In this document: piece after piece, positions 7,093-16,538 of the stretch
How the letters are laid out: each line of letters begins with the position of its first letter
How positions within the stretch are numbered: position 1 is the first letter of the stretch
NCBI GenBank assembly: GCA_025357875.1
Contig: JANYLK010000030.1
Span: 1,066 to 65,065, forward strand
DNA length: 64,000 nt
Direction: 5' to 3'
Source: Granulicella sp.
GTDB taxonomy: Bacteria > Acidobacteriota > Terriglobia > Terriglobales > Acidobacteriaceae
Position numbers and translations under genes: made by a program
The notes under the pieces: model-generated
The model's database searches: none
The model's input: only the letters and a program-made list of their open reading frames with translations
What the model was told of the DNA's origin: nothing

Positions 7093-10000
7093 TTACTGCA
7101 CAGTGAGGCTGATGGTGCCGTTGGCTGTGGTTGCACCCGAAGTTCCGGTTACCGTTACGGTGTAAGAACCCGGGGTGGTTCCGGGGGCAACAGTTGAGCT
7201 ATTTGGGGCGCTCGATCCACAGCCGGCGAAGCCCAAGGCCACTCCGATCGATAACAGCATTATGAGAAAGCCCGGCCAATTGCGCCGTCGGGGAACGCCG
7301 ACAAACATTACGAAGGCCAAGACGCTGCCCGCGGCCGAAGTTAGAAAGAGCCTGCTGCCCCTGTTCTCGGCCAATGATCCGGCGGTCGTGAAGATTGTCA
7401 GGGTCGAGGTTTGCGCGGTGGTGCCGATGAAGGAAACCGCGGAAGGAGACAGCGTGCAGGTAGCCGGGCTGTTGGCTGCAGCTGGAGTGACTGCGCAGTT
7501 GAGAGCGACCGTACCGGTGAAGCCGTTCGTCGGCGAGATGGAGATGACTGACGTATTCCCTATTACATCGCCGTGATGCACCGTAATATTATTTCCGCTG
7601 AACGCAAAGCCTGGTGTGGCAACAACGCTGAAAGAGACACCGGTCGCTGTGCTCAAGGTGCCGGAGGTTCCGGTGATTGTGATGTTCGCTGGACCACCGA
7701 TCGTCGCCGTGCCGGCGGCCGTCAGTGTCAGCACCTGCGTTCCGGCAACAGTTCCAACCGTGAAGCTGGCAGTGACTCCCGCCGGCAGGCCGTTCGCGGC
7801 AAGGGCCACGGTTCCATTGAATCCTCCCAGCGATGTCACGGTGATCGTGCTGGTCGCGCTGCTGGCCTGGGCAATGGTCAGCGTGGCCGGCGCGGCCACA
7901 AGTGTAAAGCTTGGAGGGACGTTGACGGTGAGCGCGATGATAATTGAATTAGTCAAGGTCCCAGCGGTTCCGGTGACGGTCACCGGGACAGCACCACCGG
8001 CCGACGCTGCAGCGCTGGCGCTCAGGGTGAGCGTGGTTGAGGCAGTGGCGGGATTTGTGGAGAATGATGCTGTAACGCCGCTGGGCAAACCGGTGGCCGC
8101 GAGGTTAACTCCGCCGGCAAAGCCGTTCGCGCCTGTAATCGTAATAGAATCGGTGACGCTGGTGCCTTGAACGATGGACACAGACGCCGATGCAGGAGCC
8201 AGATTGAAACTTGGCTGCAGGCTGACGGTCAACGTAATGGACGTAGCTGCGGTCAGGTTTCCGGAGGTTCCGGTGATATTGGTGGTGGCCGTGCCAACAG
8301 CCGCGGTTGCGGAAGCAGTGAAGGTGACGACACTGGTCCCGGTTGCGGGGTTGGTGCCAAAGGTCGCCGTGACGCCCGTGGGCAGTCCGGTAGATGCAAG
8401 TGTGACTGGACCTGTAAAGCCATAAGCAGCGGTAACATTGACGGTCGCAGTCCCAGACGCACCCTGCACCAAACTTAGCGAGGGAGCGGACGAAGCCAGT
8501 GTGAAGCTGGGTGCCCCGTTGACGGTGAGCGCGATGGAGGTAGATGCGCTTAGAGTTCCGGAAATCGCGTTGATGGTAATGGTCGATGTGCCAACCGCCG
8601 CGGCGCTATTGGCGGTGAATGTCAAGAGGCTGGAGCCGGTGGCGGGATTGGTCGCAAAGGCCGCCGTAACGCCGCTAGGCAAGCCGATCGCCGACAGAGT
8701 AACGCTGCCGGTAAAGCCGCCAAACGCTACCACGGAGATCGTACTATTGCCGGTGCTCCCCTGAAGGACCGCTAGAGTTGCCGGTGACGGCGACAGCGTA
8801 AAGCTGGGTGCAGTGTTGACGGTTACGGCGATGGTGGTGGTTTGCGTGACCGAACCAGAGGTGCCGGTAATCGTCACCGAGGTGGGACCGCCTGTCCCGG
8901 CCGTTGCAGCCGAGGTGAGGGTCAGCACACTGGTCCCGGTAGTGGAGGGGCTTGGGCTGAAGGAGGCTGTGACCCCTGCAGGTAGGCCACTGGCGGAAAG
9001 CGTAACGCTGCTCGCAAATGCTCCTTGATTTGTAACGGTGATGGTCGACGTAGTGCTGGCGCCCTGTGCGACCGTGAGAGAGCTGGAAGAAAAAGAGAGC
9101 GTAAAGCCAGAGCCGACCCCGCTTACCAGGATGGAAGCCGTGCTACCCGCCTGATCAGTCCCTGTGAGCGAGAGGCTGTCCGGGCCCGCAAGCGTAGGAG
9201 TAAAGCTCACCGTGGTTGTGAAGGATGCGCCTCCGCTGAGTGTGCTGGTGCAGGAGACGGACGGTATTACGGTCGCTGTCGCCATGGCGCTCGTCGATGC
9301 TACAAAAGCCAGCGACGGAGCCGGACTTCCGCCACAGTTGGTGTCGTTCAGCAGAGACGTAACTTGGCTGGTTGTTGTCGACGGACTAATCGCCGTACCC
9401 ACCGTTGAGGCCGGGACCGTTACGCTGTTCACCGTGACCTGGGCAACCGTATCGCCAGCGGTTCCCAGGGAGTTGGAATACGAGGCCAGATAAAGGTTCC
9501 CTTGCGTGTCCAGGGCCAGTGTCTTCGCTCCCTGGGGCGATACAGCATAGAGTGCCGTGGGTTTGCCGCCTGCGACAGGAATCCCGCCGAGGGTGTCTGG
9601 AAAGGCAAAGATACCGTCGCTCTGATCCGCAAAATATACGGTGTCGCCGCTCGCACTTCTCAGGACCGCCACGCCGTCCAGTTGATTGTCGAAGGTGCCG
9701 ACTGGCGACGGCGTCACGGTATAGAGCACTGTTGGCGACGAAACGTACCCGGTCGCGACTCCGTTGAAGCCCGTGCCCGCCGTAATCGGCAGTTCGTTCA
9801 GGTTGGAGGAGAAACTGGTGATTGCGTACGTCCCGAGATTCACGTAAATCGCTGAATCCGCGAAGAAGAGATTGCCTGCCGAATCGAAGGAGATGGGACC
9901 GACCAGCGGTTGGCCGGAGCTCAACGAGGGTGCGGGGGAGACTTTAGGCTCCGTGAAGATCAGTACGGGTGCGCCAGTGCCGCCCAGGCAGGTCAGGTTG

Positions 10001-12165
10001 CACTCGTAAATACTGTTACCGCCGCTGGAACCATCGCCGGCCGTCGCATAGAAAAGATCGCCCTTGGCGTCGAAGGCGAGCGAGGCTGGGTTGACAGCAC
10101 CCAAGTTGGTGGGCAGGACGCATTCCGTGGTGCTTGCTGCAGTGCAGACGGCGATAGAAGCCGTGGGCGTGGTGAATGCGGCGTAGCCGCCATTGGCAGC
10201 GCCGCCGATATATGGCAGCTTGACGATCGAGTTGACCGGCCCGTAGGGATTGCCGACGTAGATGTTGTCTTTGCTATCGACTGTCAACGCGCTTGCGCTG
10301 GCCCATGGGCCGAGTGTGGTGGCGGCTCCGGTTTGAGCGTTGAACAGAACCAGGTTTGAGCTGTTGGCCACAGCAATGGAGCCATTGCTGTTGACTGCGA
10401 AGCTGTTTCCAGCGGGATTGCCGGAGGCATACGCATAGCCGCCCAGGCTGGCACGCCAGTTGACCTGGCTCACCAACATCCGTGCGTTGGCGGGAACAGG
10501 GACCGGCGGTAACGTCGAAACCGTGAAGCTGTTGGTGACCGCCGTCGCCGCGGAGTACGTTCCGTTGCCAGCCTGCGAAGCCGTCAGAGTGCAGGTACCA
10601 GCCGCAATCAGCGACGCGGTGGCGGCACTGTTATTTACACTGCAGACGGATGCAGTGCTGGACGTGAAGGTTACCGGCAGACCAGAGCTTGCCGTGGCGT
10701 TCAGGCTCAGCGTGGTGCCAAGAGTCTGGGCGCCGGAATTGGCGAAGGTGATCGTTTGAGCAGTCGGCGAGCCGACGGTGAGGGCGATCGATGTGGTGGC
10801 GGTGATCGAGCCAAAGGTGCCCGTCACCGTGACGGGGATTGGCCCAGCAGTCGCCGCGGAACTGCTGGCGGTAAGAGTGAGCACCTGTGAACCTGCGACC
10901 GTCGAGTTGGCAAAGCTGGCGGTAACGCCACTGGGAAGGCCGCTGACGTCAAGCGTGACTGCACCGCTAAAGCCACCCTGCGTCGTGACCGAGATGACAT
11001 CTGTGGTGCTGAGTCCCTGTCCCACGGGAAGAGTAGATTTAGCAGGGGCAATTGTGAAGCCTGCGATGGTGGACCCGTACCATTTGGGCAGAGTGATCGT
11101 GCCCGCGGGCTTGTTCTGGGTAGAGTAGCCCGTGTCATTTGCCGAGGGCGCGGAGACCCTCCAGTCCCACCAGAAGACGCCCTTCATCCACGCAGTCTGG
11201 GCACTGAAGACCTGAAAAAATGCTTCATAACAATCCTGCTGCTCGGTCGGATCATACGTGCCGCCTAGACTGGCGTAGGGTGTCTCGTTGGTGCCGGGAG
11301 CACTGACATACCCAATCTCGGTAAAGATCAGCGGCTTGTTGTAGGTACTCTGCAGATTCTTGAGCGCCGATACGATGTTGAAGCCGGACTTATTGTTAGT
11401 CCACGCCGATATAAGTGCAGCAAGCGAAGGATCAGTCTGATTAGTAAGAGGAAAATAGCCATCCACGCCGATGATGTCGAGGTCCGCCCAAAAAGACACA
11501 GAGGTAAATTCGTCGCCAGCTCCGGTCGCATTCGACGCATACGTGAGCGTCAGGCTCGGATACTGGATGCGCAACTGGGTGATGATCGTCTCCCAATTGC
11601 TCTTGTACGCGGCGCCGCTAAGCGACTTGAACTCAGTGCCGATGACAAGCATCCCGACATTGTTCTGAACCGCAATCTGAGCGTAGTGCAGGATAAATGT
11701 TTGATAGCTGGCAAACCACGCAGTTGGATTGGTTGGAGCGAAGTTTCCTCGGAAGACGCCATCGAGCGAATCGACCTGAGGCTTCATCGAGACCACCAGA
11801 CCCTGGGCCTGTAGACTTCGGATCGCGCTGACAACCGCTGCGTCCGTGGGGCTTAGCGGATCGCGACTGCTGTTATAGCCAGGCGTACTGGGTGTCTCGG
11901 GAGCGATGACGTTCGATGTGGACGTCTGCTGGTACTGAGTCGCCATCACGGCCGTATAGTTGGCGCCGGTCGCACGGATGCTGCTGGCCGCGGAACTGCT
12001 ACTGAGAAATTCATTTGCCTGATACGAGATGAAGTTAAGTCCGTTGTAGGTAAAGCCGGACTGACTTTGCGCGAAGACACCTGGGGTGGACGAGGCCATC
12101 ATCAGCGTGGCGATGGCGCTGGACACGCCGAGAGAACGGATAAAAGAGTGGGAGGTTACGCGCAT
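7093..12165 (-). CDS. Large secreted multidomain glycoside hydrolase: GH113-type TIM barrel, beta-propeller-like region, tandem Ig-like repeats and C-terminal membrane tail
   Basis: Signal peptide (start placed at ATG 12165, 5 nt after the upstream stop). GH113-like motifs MKPQVD, LVIGTE, LDIIGVDGYFPL, PLIFTEIGY, GVFWWDW. Ser/Thr/Ala-rich ~100-aa repeats. Confidence 0.8.
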   Translation of the reverse strand: MRVTSHSFIRSLGVSSAIATLMMASSTPGVFAQSQSGFTYNGLNFISYQANEFLSSSSAASSIRATGANYTAVMATQYQQTSTSNVIAPETPSTPGYNSSRDPLSPTDAAVVSAIRSLQAQGLVVSMKPQVDSLDGVFRGNFAPTNPTAWFASYQTFILHYAQIAVQNNVGMLVIGTEFKSLSGAAYKSNWETIITQLRIQYPSLTLTYASNATGAGDEFTSVSFWADLDIIGVDGYFPLTNQTDPSLAALISAWTNNKSGFNIVSALKNLQSTYNKPLIFTEIGYVSAPGTNETPYASLGGTYDPTEQQDCYEAFFQVFSAQTAWMKGVFWWDWRVSAPSANDTGYSTQNKPAGTITLPKWYGSTIAGFTIAPAKSTLPVGQGLSTTDVISVTTQGGFSGAVTLDVSGLPSGVTASFANSTVAGSQVLTLTASSSAATAGPIPVTVTGTFGSITATTSIALTVGSPTAQTITFANSGAQTLGTTLSLNATASSGLPVTFTSSTASVCSVNNSAATASLIAAGTCTLTASQAGNGTYSAATAVTNSFTVSTLPPVPVPANARMLVSQVNWRASLGGYAYASGNPAGNSFAVNSNGSIAVANSSNLVLFNAQTGAATTLGPWASASALTVDSKDNIYVGNPYGPVNSIVKLPYIGGAANGGYAAFTTPTASIAVCTAASTTECVLPTNLGAVNPASLAFDAKGDLFYATAGDGSSGGNSIYECNLTCLGGTGAPVLIFTEPKVSPAPSLSSGQPLVGPISFDSAGNLFFADSAIYVNLGTYAITSFSSNLNELPITAGTGFNGVATGYVSSPTVLYTVTPSPVGTFDNQLDGVAVLRSASGDTVYFADQSDGIFAFPDTLGGIPVAGGKPTALYAVSPQGAKTLALDTQGNLYLASYSNSLGTAGDTVAQVTVNSVTVPASTVGTAISPSTTTSQVTSLLNDTNCGGSPAPSLAFVASTSAMATATVIPSVSCTSTLSGGASFTTTVSFTPTLAGPDSLSLTGTDQAGSTASILVSGVGSGFTLSFSSSSLTVAQGASTTSTITVTNQGAFASSVTLSASGLPAGVTASFSPSPSTTGTSVLTLTSAATAGTGGPTSVTITGTSGSVTQTTTIAVTVNTAPSFTLSPSPATLAVLQGSTGNSTISVVAFGGFTGSVTLSAIGLPSGVTAAFATNPATGSSLLTFTANSAAAVGTSTITINAISGTLSASTSIALTVNGAPSFTLASSAPSLSLVQGASGTATVNVTAAYGFTGPVTLASTGLPTGVTATFGTNPATGTSVVTFTASATAAVGTATTNITGTSGNLTAATSITLTVSLQPSFNLAPASASVSIVQGTSVTDSITITGANGFAGGVNLAATGLPSGVTASFSTNPATASTTLTLSASAAASAGGAVPVTVTGTAGTLTNSIIIALTVNVPPSFTLVAAPATLTIAQASSATSTITVTSLGGFNGTVALAANGLPAGVTASFTVGTVAGTQVLTLTAAGTATIGGPANITITGTSGTLSTATGVSFSVVATPGFAFSGNNITVHHGDVIGNTSVISISPTNGFTGTVALNCAVTPAAANSPATCTLSPSAVSFIGTTAQTSTLTIFTTAGSLAENRGSRLFLTSAAGSVLAFVMFVGVPRRRNWPGFLIMLLSIGVALGFAGCGSSAPNSSTVAPGTTPGSYTVTVTGTSGATTANGTISLTVQ
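7610..9108 (-). repeat. Five tandem ~300-bp (~100-aa) intragenic Ig-like repeats
   Basis: Each unit follows FTL....L.V.QG.S.T..ITV....GF.G.VTL...GLP.GVTA.F...P.T..S.LT.TA. A sixth copy follows the GH domain near 11070-10790. Confidence 0.85.
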
Positions 12166-12170
12166 TGAGT

Positions 12171-12875
12171 TCACTGTTTCACGCCTGTCAGTGTGAGGCA
12201 CCAGCTAGGTACGGCAAGCTGTTCGCCAGCGTGAAGGCCATTCCTTCCACCAACCCCGTTTACGGTTGAGCACTCCTCGTGAGCCGGGCAACCGCCTTCG
12301 CACCCGACAATCTTTGTCACCGCGATCTTGACCGCACGGACCGTAAAGCTCTGAACCGTGCCGCAGTAGCCGTCTCCGCCCCAGGAGCGGACGCAGACTG
12401 TGTCGCCAACCGACTTGCCCGTGGAGTGGGCGCCCGACGCGAGTAGCCAAGCCGCCATAGGTATGTCATCGCTGTTTTCCGCAACCAGCAGAGCCGAGCC
12501 GCCGAAGCGTGACTCAATGTTGAGGTTGGCACCGGCTGCGACAAGCGCCTTGGCAGTTTCGCCCTGATGATTTTGAACTGCAGCGATGAGCGCAGTGCGT
12601 CCTCCAGCGTCCGTCGCGTTGACGTCGGCACCGCTTGCGAGCAGCATTCTGACCGTGCTCGTCTCTCCAGCCTGCGCGGCGACAATTAGCCGAGTAAGTC
12701 CGCGTGCATCGCGCGCATCCTGGACTGCGACTGGAGGGTGGGGTGTCACAACTGCTTCCTGCGGCCGCGCGCAGGGAACGACGACGAGCAGCGCGAGAGC
12801 CGAAGTCGCAACGCTAACCCATAACCTAAACTTGCTGACAAAGAACGAACTCTGTGAAATCTTCGCAACGCGCAT
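12171..12875 (-). CDS. Secreted ankyrin-repeat protein with a Cys-rich C-terminal domain
   Basis: GGGAGA RBS, signal peptide and ankyrin repeats (LLASGADVNATDAGGRTALIAAV; LVAAGANLNIESRFGGSALLVA). The C-terminal ~80 aa contain 6 Cys. Confidence 0.85.
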   Translation of the reverse strand: MRVAKISQSSFFVSKFRLWVSVATSALALLVVVPCARPQEAVVTPHPPVAVQDARDARGLTRLIVAAQAGETSTVRMLLASGADVNATDAGGRTALIAAVQNHQGETAKALVAAGANLNIESRFGGSALLVAENSDDIPMAAWLLASGAHSTGKSVGDTVCVRSWGGDGYCGTVQSFTVRAVKIAVTKIVGCEGGCPAHEECSTVNGVGGRNGLHAGEQLAVPSWCLTLTGVKQ

Positions 12876-12981
12876 CGATCATCTCCCATGGCTGAAGGTG
12901 ACACCTGGCGTGCAAACAAATTTTGGCTGAGGCCGTCTCATCGTTTGGAGCCATTGTTATCGTTATCATCTTGCCGCAGTA

Positions 12982-13013
12982 AAGATAGGCAGCCGGAAAC
13001 GGCTTGTCAAGCC
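12982..13013 (-). promoter_or_regulatory. Sigma70-like promoter for the ankyrin-GH113 operon, with a palindrome over the -35 box
   Basis: The minus strand reads TTGACA (13010-13005), a 17-nt spacer, then TATCTT (12987-12982). GGCTTG-T-CAAGCC (13001-13013) is a perfect 6-1-6 inverted repeat. Confidence 0.55.
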
Positions 13014-13123
13014 TCTTAAAAAGGTTGCCGCTTTTCTACTCTTGGAACGGCTAAGTAGAACGATATCCTTAGTCGTCCGGTCCGACCAGAGGCCGCAAAT
13101 CCCGGAACCGCTCGCTGTCTTTC

Positions 13124-13789
13124 TTATGCCAGTAGCGCCTTCTGCTGCATGAAGCCAATGAGGCGTTGCCGTACCAGCGCGATGTGGGTCTGCATGGCAC
13201 TCTGGGCTTCCGCGCGGTTGCCCCTCTCCAACGCTTCCAGGATTGCCTTGTGAGCATCCGGAGACATGGAAGCGGAAAGATCGTATGTCTTGCGCCTGCA
13301 CAACCATATCTGGTTTTGTACATTTGCCAGGACGCGGCACAGCTCTGCGTTTCCAGTTGCCAGAGCGATCAGTCCATGAAACTTTGTATCTTCCAAAATA
13401 TGGCTTGTTCGATCGTTAGCCTTCAAAAATTTACGGGTGAGTAGAGTGCTTTTGCGCAACTCGGATAGCAACTCAGGGCTTACGACCGCTGCTCCAACGG
13501 CATAGACTTCAAGCGCCTCGCGAAGGTCGTATAGGTCCTTTACCTCCTGTTCGGTAAAGCGTCGCAAGTAGGCCCCTCGCCGCGCTTCAATTCGAATCAA
13601 ACCCCGGGTGTGCAAGCTGTTGAGCGCTTCCCGCACAGGCGACTTGCTGATACCGAGCTGGCTGGAGAGAAACTCCTCTGTCAGCCTGGTCTCCTCATCC
13701 AGATCTTCACGAAGTATGTAGGTCTTGATGCTTTCGTATGCCAGCTCGGTCAGATTTTGCGGAGCGTCTATCTTCTTCAGGGATCGCAT
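13124..13789 (-). CDS. GntR family transcriptional regulator (FCD effector domain)
   Basis: HTH (LSSQLGISKSPVREALNSL..GLI) and FCD-type C-terminus (DTKFHGLIALATGN..H..ILEALERGNRAEAQSAMQTHI). Confidence 0.9.
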   Translation of the reverse strand: MRSLKKIDAPQNLTELAYESIKTYILREDLDEETRLTEEFLSSQLGISKSPVREALNSLHTRGLIRIEARRGAYLRRFTEQEVKDLYDLREALEVYAVGAAVVSPELLSELRKSTLLTRKFLKANDRTSHILEDTKFHGLIALATGNAELCRVLANVQNQIWLCRRKTYDLSASMSPDAHKAILEALERGNRAEAQSAMQTHIALVRQRLIGFMQQKALLA

Positions 13790-13879
13790 AAGGTCTCACT
13801 GAATTTTACCCAATCGTCAGACGTCCGACCCAGCTCGCACTGTAGTATGTGAAATATAAATTTTGTTTTACCGACCCCT

Positions 13880-15091
13880 ATGCCCCCAATTGCTTACCTG
13901 GAATGTTCTCGTTGCGATGCCAGACTTTCTGCCCAGTTGCCGCAAACCGTGTGCACGCAGTGCGCCGATTTTCCGGCCGGCGCGCTCTACGTTCGCTATG
14001 ATCTTTCGCACCTTCGAGGGTTGGCGGCGCGTGATGTAATTGCCAAGGACGCCTCCTCGTCCACTTGGGCGGGGATGTGGCGCTATCGTTCTGTGCTTCC
14101 TGAAGTTCAGCCGGTGACGCTCGGCGAGGGATGGACGCCGATGTTGCCCAGCAAGCGGTTTCCAGGAGTGTTCCTCAAGGAGGAAGGGGCCAATCCTACC
14201 GGCACCTTCAAAGCTCGCGGACTGGCGCTGGCTGTGACGATGGCACAGCACTATGGCTTGCGCAAACTGGCTGTTCCTTCCGCGGGAAATGCGGCGGGCG
14301 CACTTGCGGCATACGCGGCTGCAGCTGGAATTGAAGCGCATATATTCATGCCACGCGACGTGCCCTTCGCAAACTATGTGGAGGCAATCGCCTACGGTGC
14401 CAATGTCACGCTGGTGGACGGCTTGATCTCAGATTGCGCCCGCATGGTTACCGAACGCAAGGAGCAGGAGAATTGGTTTGATGTTTCCACACTGAAGGAA
14501 CCGTTTCGCATCGAGGGCAAGAAGACGATGGGATACGAACTCGTCGAGCAATTGGGATGGGAGTATCCCGATGCGGTCTTCTATCCGACTGGCGGCGGCG
14601 TCGGCCTGATCGGGATGTGGAAGGCTTTTGATGAGTTGGAACAACTTGGCTGGGTCAAGCCGGGCAAGCGACCCAAAATGATAGCGGTGCAATCTTCCGG
14701 CTGTGCGCCCGTTGTTCGTGCCTTCGAGGACGGGGCCGGTGCCAGCAATATGTGGCAGAATGCTGCCACCTTTGCATCTGGCCTGCGCGTTCCAAAACCG
14801 TACGGGGATTACATCATGCTCGAAATTCTGCGCAAATCCGATGGGATTGCGCTGGCTGTGAGCGATGACGAGATACTTGCTTCCATTCTCGATTGGGCAC
14901 GCAACGAAGGCATCTTCCTGTCGCCGGAAGGCGCCGCGGCTACCGCTGCCTATGACCAGTTGCTGGCGAATGGATTTCTCAAAGCCTCGGATCGTGTAGT
15001 CCTGTTCAACACCGGAGCCGGCCTGAAATACACGGACGTGACAGCAGCAGCAATGAGCCTGCAGAGGCCGGTTGCGGAGTTGCAGCTCTGA
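13880..15091 (+). CDS. thrC: Threonine synthase-like PLP enzyme (fold type II)
   Basis: N-terminal CxxC..CxxC ribbon, TLGEGWTP, PLP lysine motif NPTGTFKARG, SAGNAA, PTGGGVG, EGIFLSPEGAA and NTGAGLKY. Its true substrate is uncertain. Confidence 0.75.
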   Translation: MPPIAYLECSRCDARLSAQLPQTVCTQCADFPAGALYVRYDLSHLRGLAARDVIAKDASSSTWAGMWRYRSVLPEVQPVTLGEGWTPMLPSKRFPGVFLKEEGANPTGTFKARGLALAVTMAQHYGLRKLAVPSAGNAAGALAAYAAAAGIEAHIFMPRDVPFANYVEAIAYGANVTLVDGLISDCARMVTERKEQENWFDVSTLKEPFRIEGKKTMGYELVEQLGWEYPDAVFYPTGGGVGLIGMWKAFDELEQLGWVKPGKRPKMIAVQSSGCAPVVRAFEDGAGASNMWQNAATFASGLRVPKPYGDYIMLEILRKSDGIALAVSDDEILASILDWARNEGIFLSPEGAAATAAYDQLLANGFLKASDRVVLFNTGAGLKYTDVTAAAMSLQRPVAELQL

Positions 15092-15143
15092 ATGTCACGC
15101 GCCACAACGTAATACTGTGAATTAGGTAACCTGTCTTCCAATC

Positions 15144-16538
15144 ATGCCCAGCAAAATCGAAAACACTCCCGGCAAAAACGTCAGGCGCGCTTCGATCCTC
15201 GCTGTGGGTGGCATTCTGCTGTGGATTGGCGGCTTAGCCTTTAGCCTACTCAGCCATCCCATGCCCGGGGCGGTTTTGCGCTCCATCGCCATTGTTCTGT
15301 TTGCGGCGGCTACGCTCTTTCGGTCTTCGTTGATGCTGTGGACATTTCTCGCGATGCTTGCCGGCGTGGAGTTTGGTCTCGATGCGCCGCGATTCGCCGT
15401 GCAGACACATTTTCTCGGAGATCTGTTTCTGCGCCTGATTCGCATGATTGTGGCGCCGCTGCTGTTCGCCAGCATCACAACTGGAATCGCGGCGCACGGC
15501 GAACTAAAGTCTATCGGGCGGGTCGCGGTGAAGGCACTCGTCTATTTTGAAGTCGTCACCACGCTCGGCCTGATCATCGGCGCAATCGCAATGAACATCT
15601 CCGGCGCGGGCTGGGGAATCGTATTACCTCCTGCAACAGGCGACGCTGCGCCCGTAGTGCAGACGTTGCATACCTGGCAGCAGACCATCGTGAACCTGTT
15701 TCCGGAGAATATCGCACAGGCCGTTGCGCAGAATCAAATTTTGCAAGTTGCGATCTTCTCTGTGATATTTGGCGCCGCACTGGCCATGCTGTCGCAGCAG
15801 AAACGGGCTCCGCTGCTTTCGGTACTGCAATCGCTTGCAGACACAATGTTTCAGTTAACACGGATCATCATGTATCTTGCGCCACTCGCCGCCGGTGCCG
15901 CTCTGGCTTACACGGTGGCGAGCATGGGCTTTGGCGCGCTGCTTTCACTTGGAAAGCTTGTTCTCACGTATTACGCTGCGCTCGCGGTTTTCAGTTTGCT
16001 TGTCCTTATTCCGATACTGCTCATCTCTCGCATTCCGATTCGAAGGTTCATTGCCGCCGTGGGAGAGCCGGCTGCGATCGGGTTCGCCACCACTACGTCC
16101 GAAGCAGCTTTACCACTGGCGATGGAGCGAATGGAAGAGTTTGGCGTGCCGCGCTGGATTGTGTCATTCGTCATCCCCACTGGCTACAGTTTCAACATGG
16201 ATGGCTCCAGCGTCTATCTTTCAATGGCCGCGATCTTTGTAGCGCAGGCCGCGGGTATTCACATGGGCCTTGGTCAGCAGATTGCCATGCTGGGTACGTT
16301 ATTGCTGGCCAGCAAAGGAATGGCCGGCGTACCCCGCGCGACCCTGGTGGTGCTGCTCGCGACGGCCAGCGCGATCCATCTTCCTACTGCCCCGATCCTC
16401 TTGATCCTCGGGATCGATACTCTAATGGACATGGGCCGCACGATGATGAACGTCGTTGGGAACTGCATGGCCAGCGCCGTCGTTGCCCGCTCAGAGGGTG
16501 CCTTGCCCGATCTTTGGGAGACGCCTCTAGCCTCCTAG
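15144..16538 (+). CDS. Dicarboxylate/amino acid:cation symporter (DAACS, GltP/DctA family)
   Basis: FLRLIRMIVAPL, TTTSEAALP, VIPTGYSFNMDGSS, SKGMAGVP and DMGRTMMNVVGN motifs. Confidence 0.92.
   Translation: MPSKIENTPGKNVRRASILAVGGILLWIGGLAFSLLSHPMPGAVLRSIAIVLFAAATLFRSSLMLWTFLAMLAGVEFGLDAPRFAVQTHFLGDLFLRLIRMIVAPLLFASITTGIAAHGELKSIGRVAVKALVYFEVVTTLGLIIGAIAMNISGAGWGIVLPPATGDAAPVVQTLHTWQQTIVNLFPENIAQAVAQNQILQVAIFSVIFGAALAMLSQQKRAPLLSVLQSLADTMFQLTRIIMYLAPLAAGAALAYTVASMGFGALLSLGKLVLTYYAALAVFSLLVLIPILLISRIPIRRFIAAVGEPAAIGFATTTSEAALPLAMERMEEFGVPRWIVSFVIPTGYSFNMDGSSVYLSMAAIFVAQAAGIHMGLGQQIAMLGTLLLASKGMAGVPRATLVVLLATASAIHLPTAPILLILGIDTLMDMGRTMMNVVGNCMASAVVARSEGALPDLWETPLAS

Noticed and set aside
7175-11138. 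Many + strand ORFs rich in Val/Pro/Ala with repeated VAVTPLG motifs
   Set aside because: They are antisense shadows of the Thr/Ser-rich Ig repeats of the GH113 gene; the repetition is inherited from the real strand.
13828-13856. dif-like half-site gtatgtgaaat
   Set aside because: It resembles the XerD arm, but no XerC arm is at the 6-bp spacing. It lies in the GntR/thrC promoter region.
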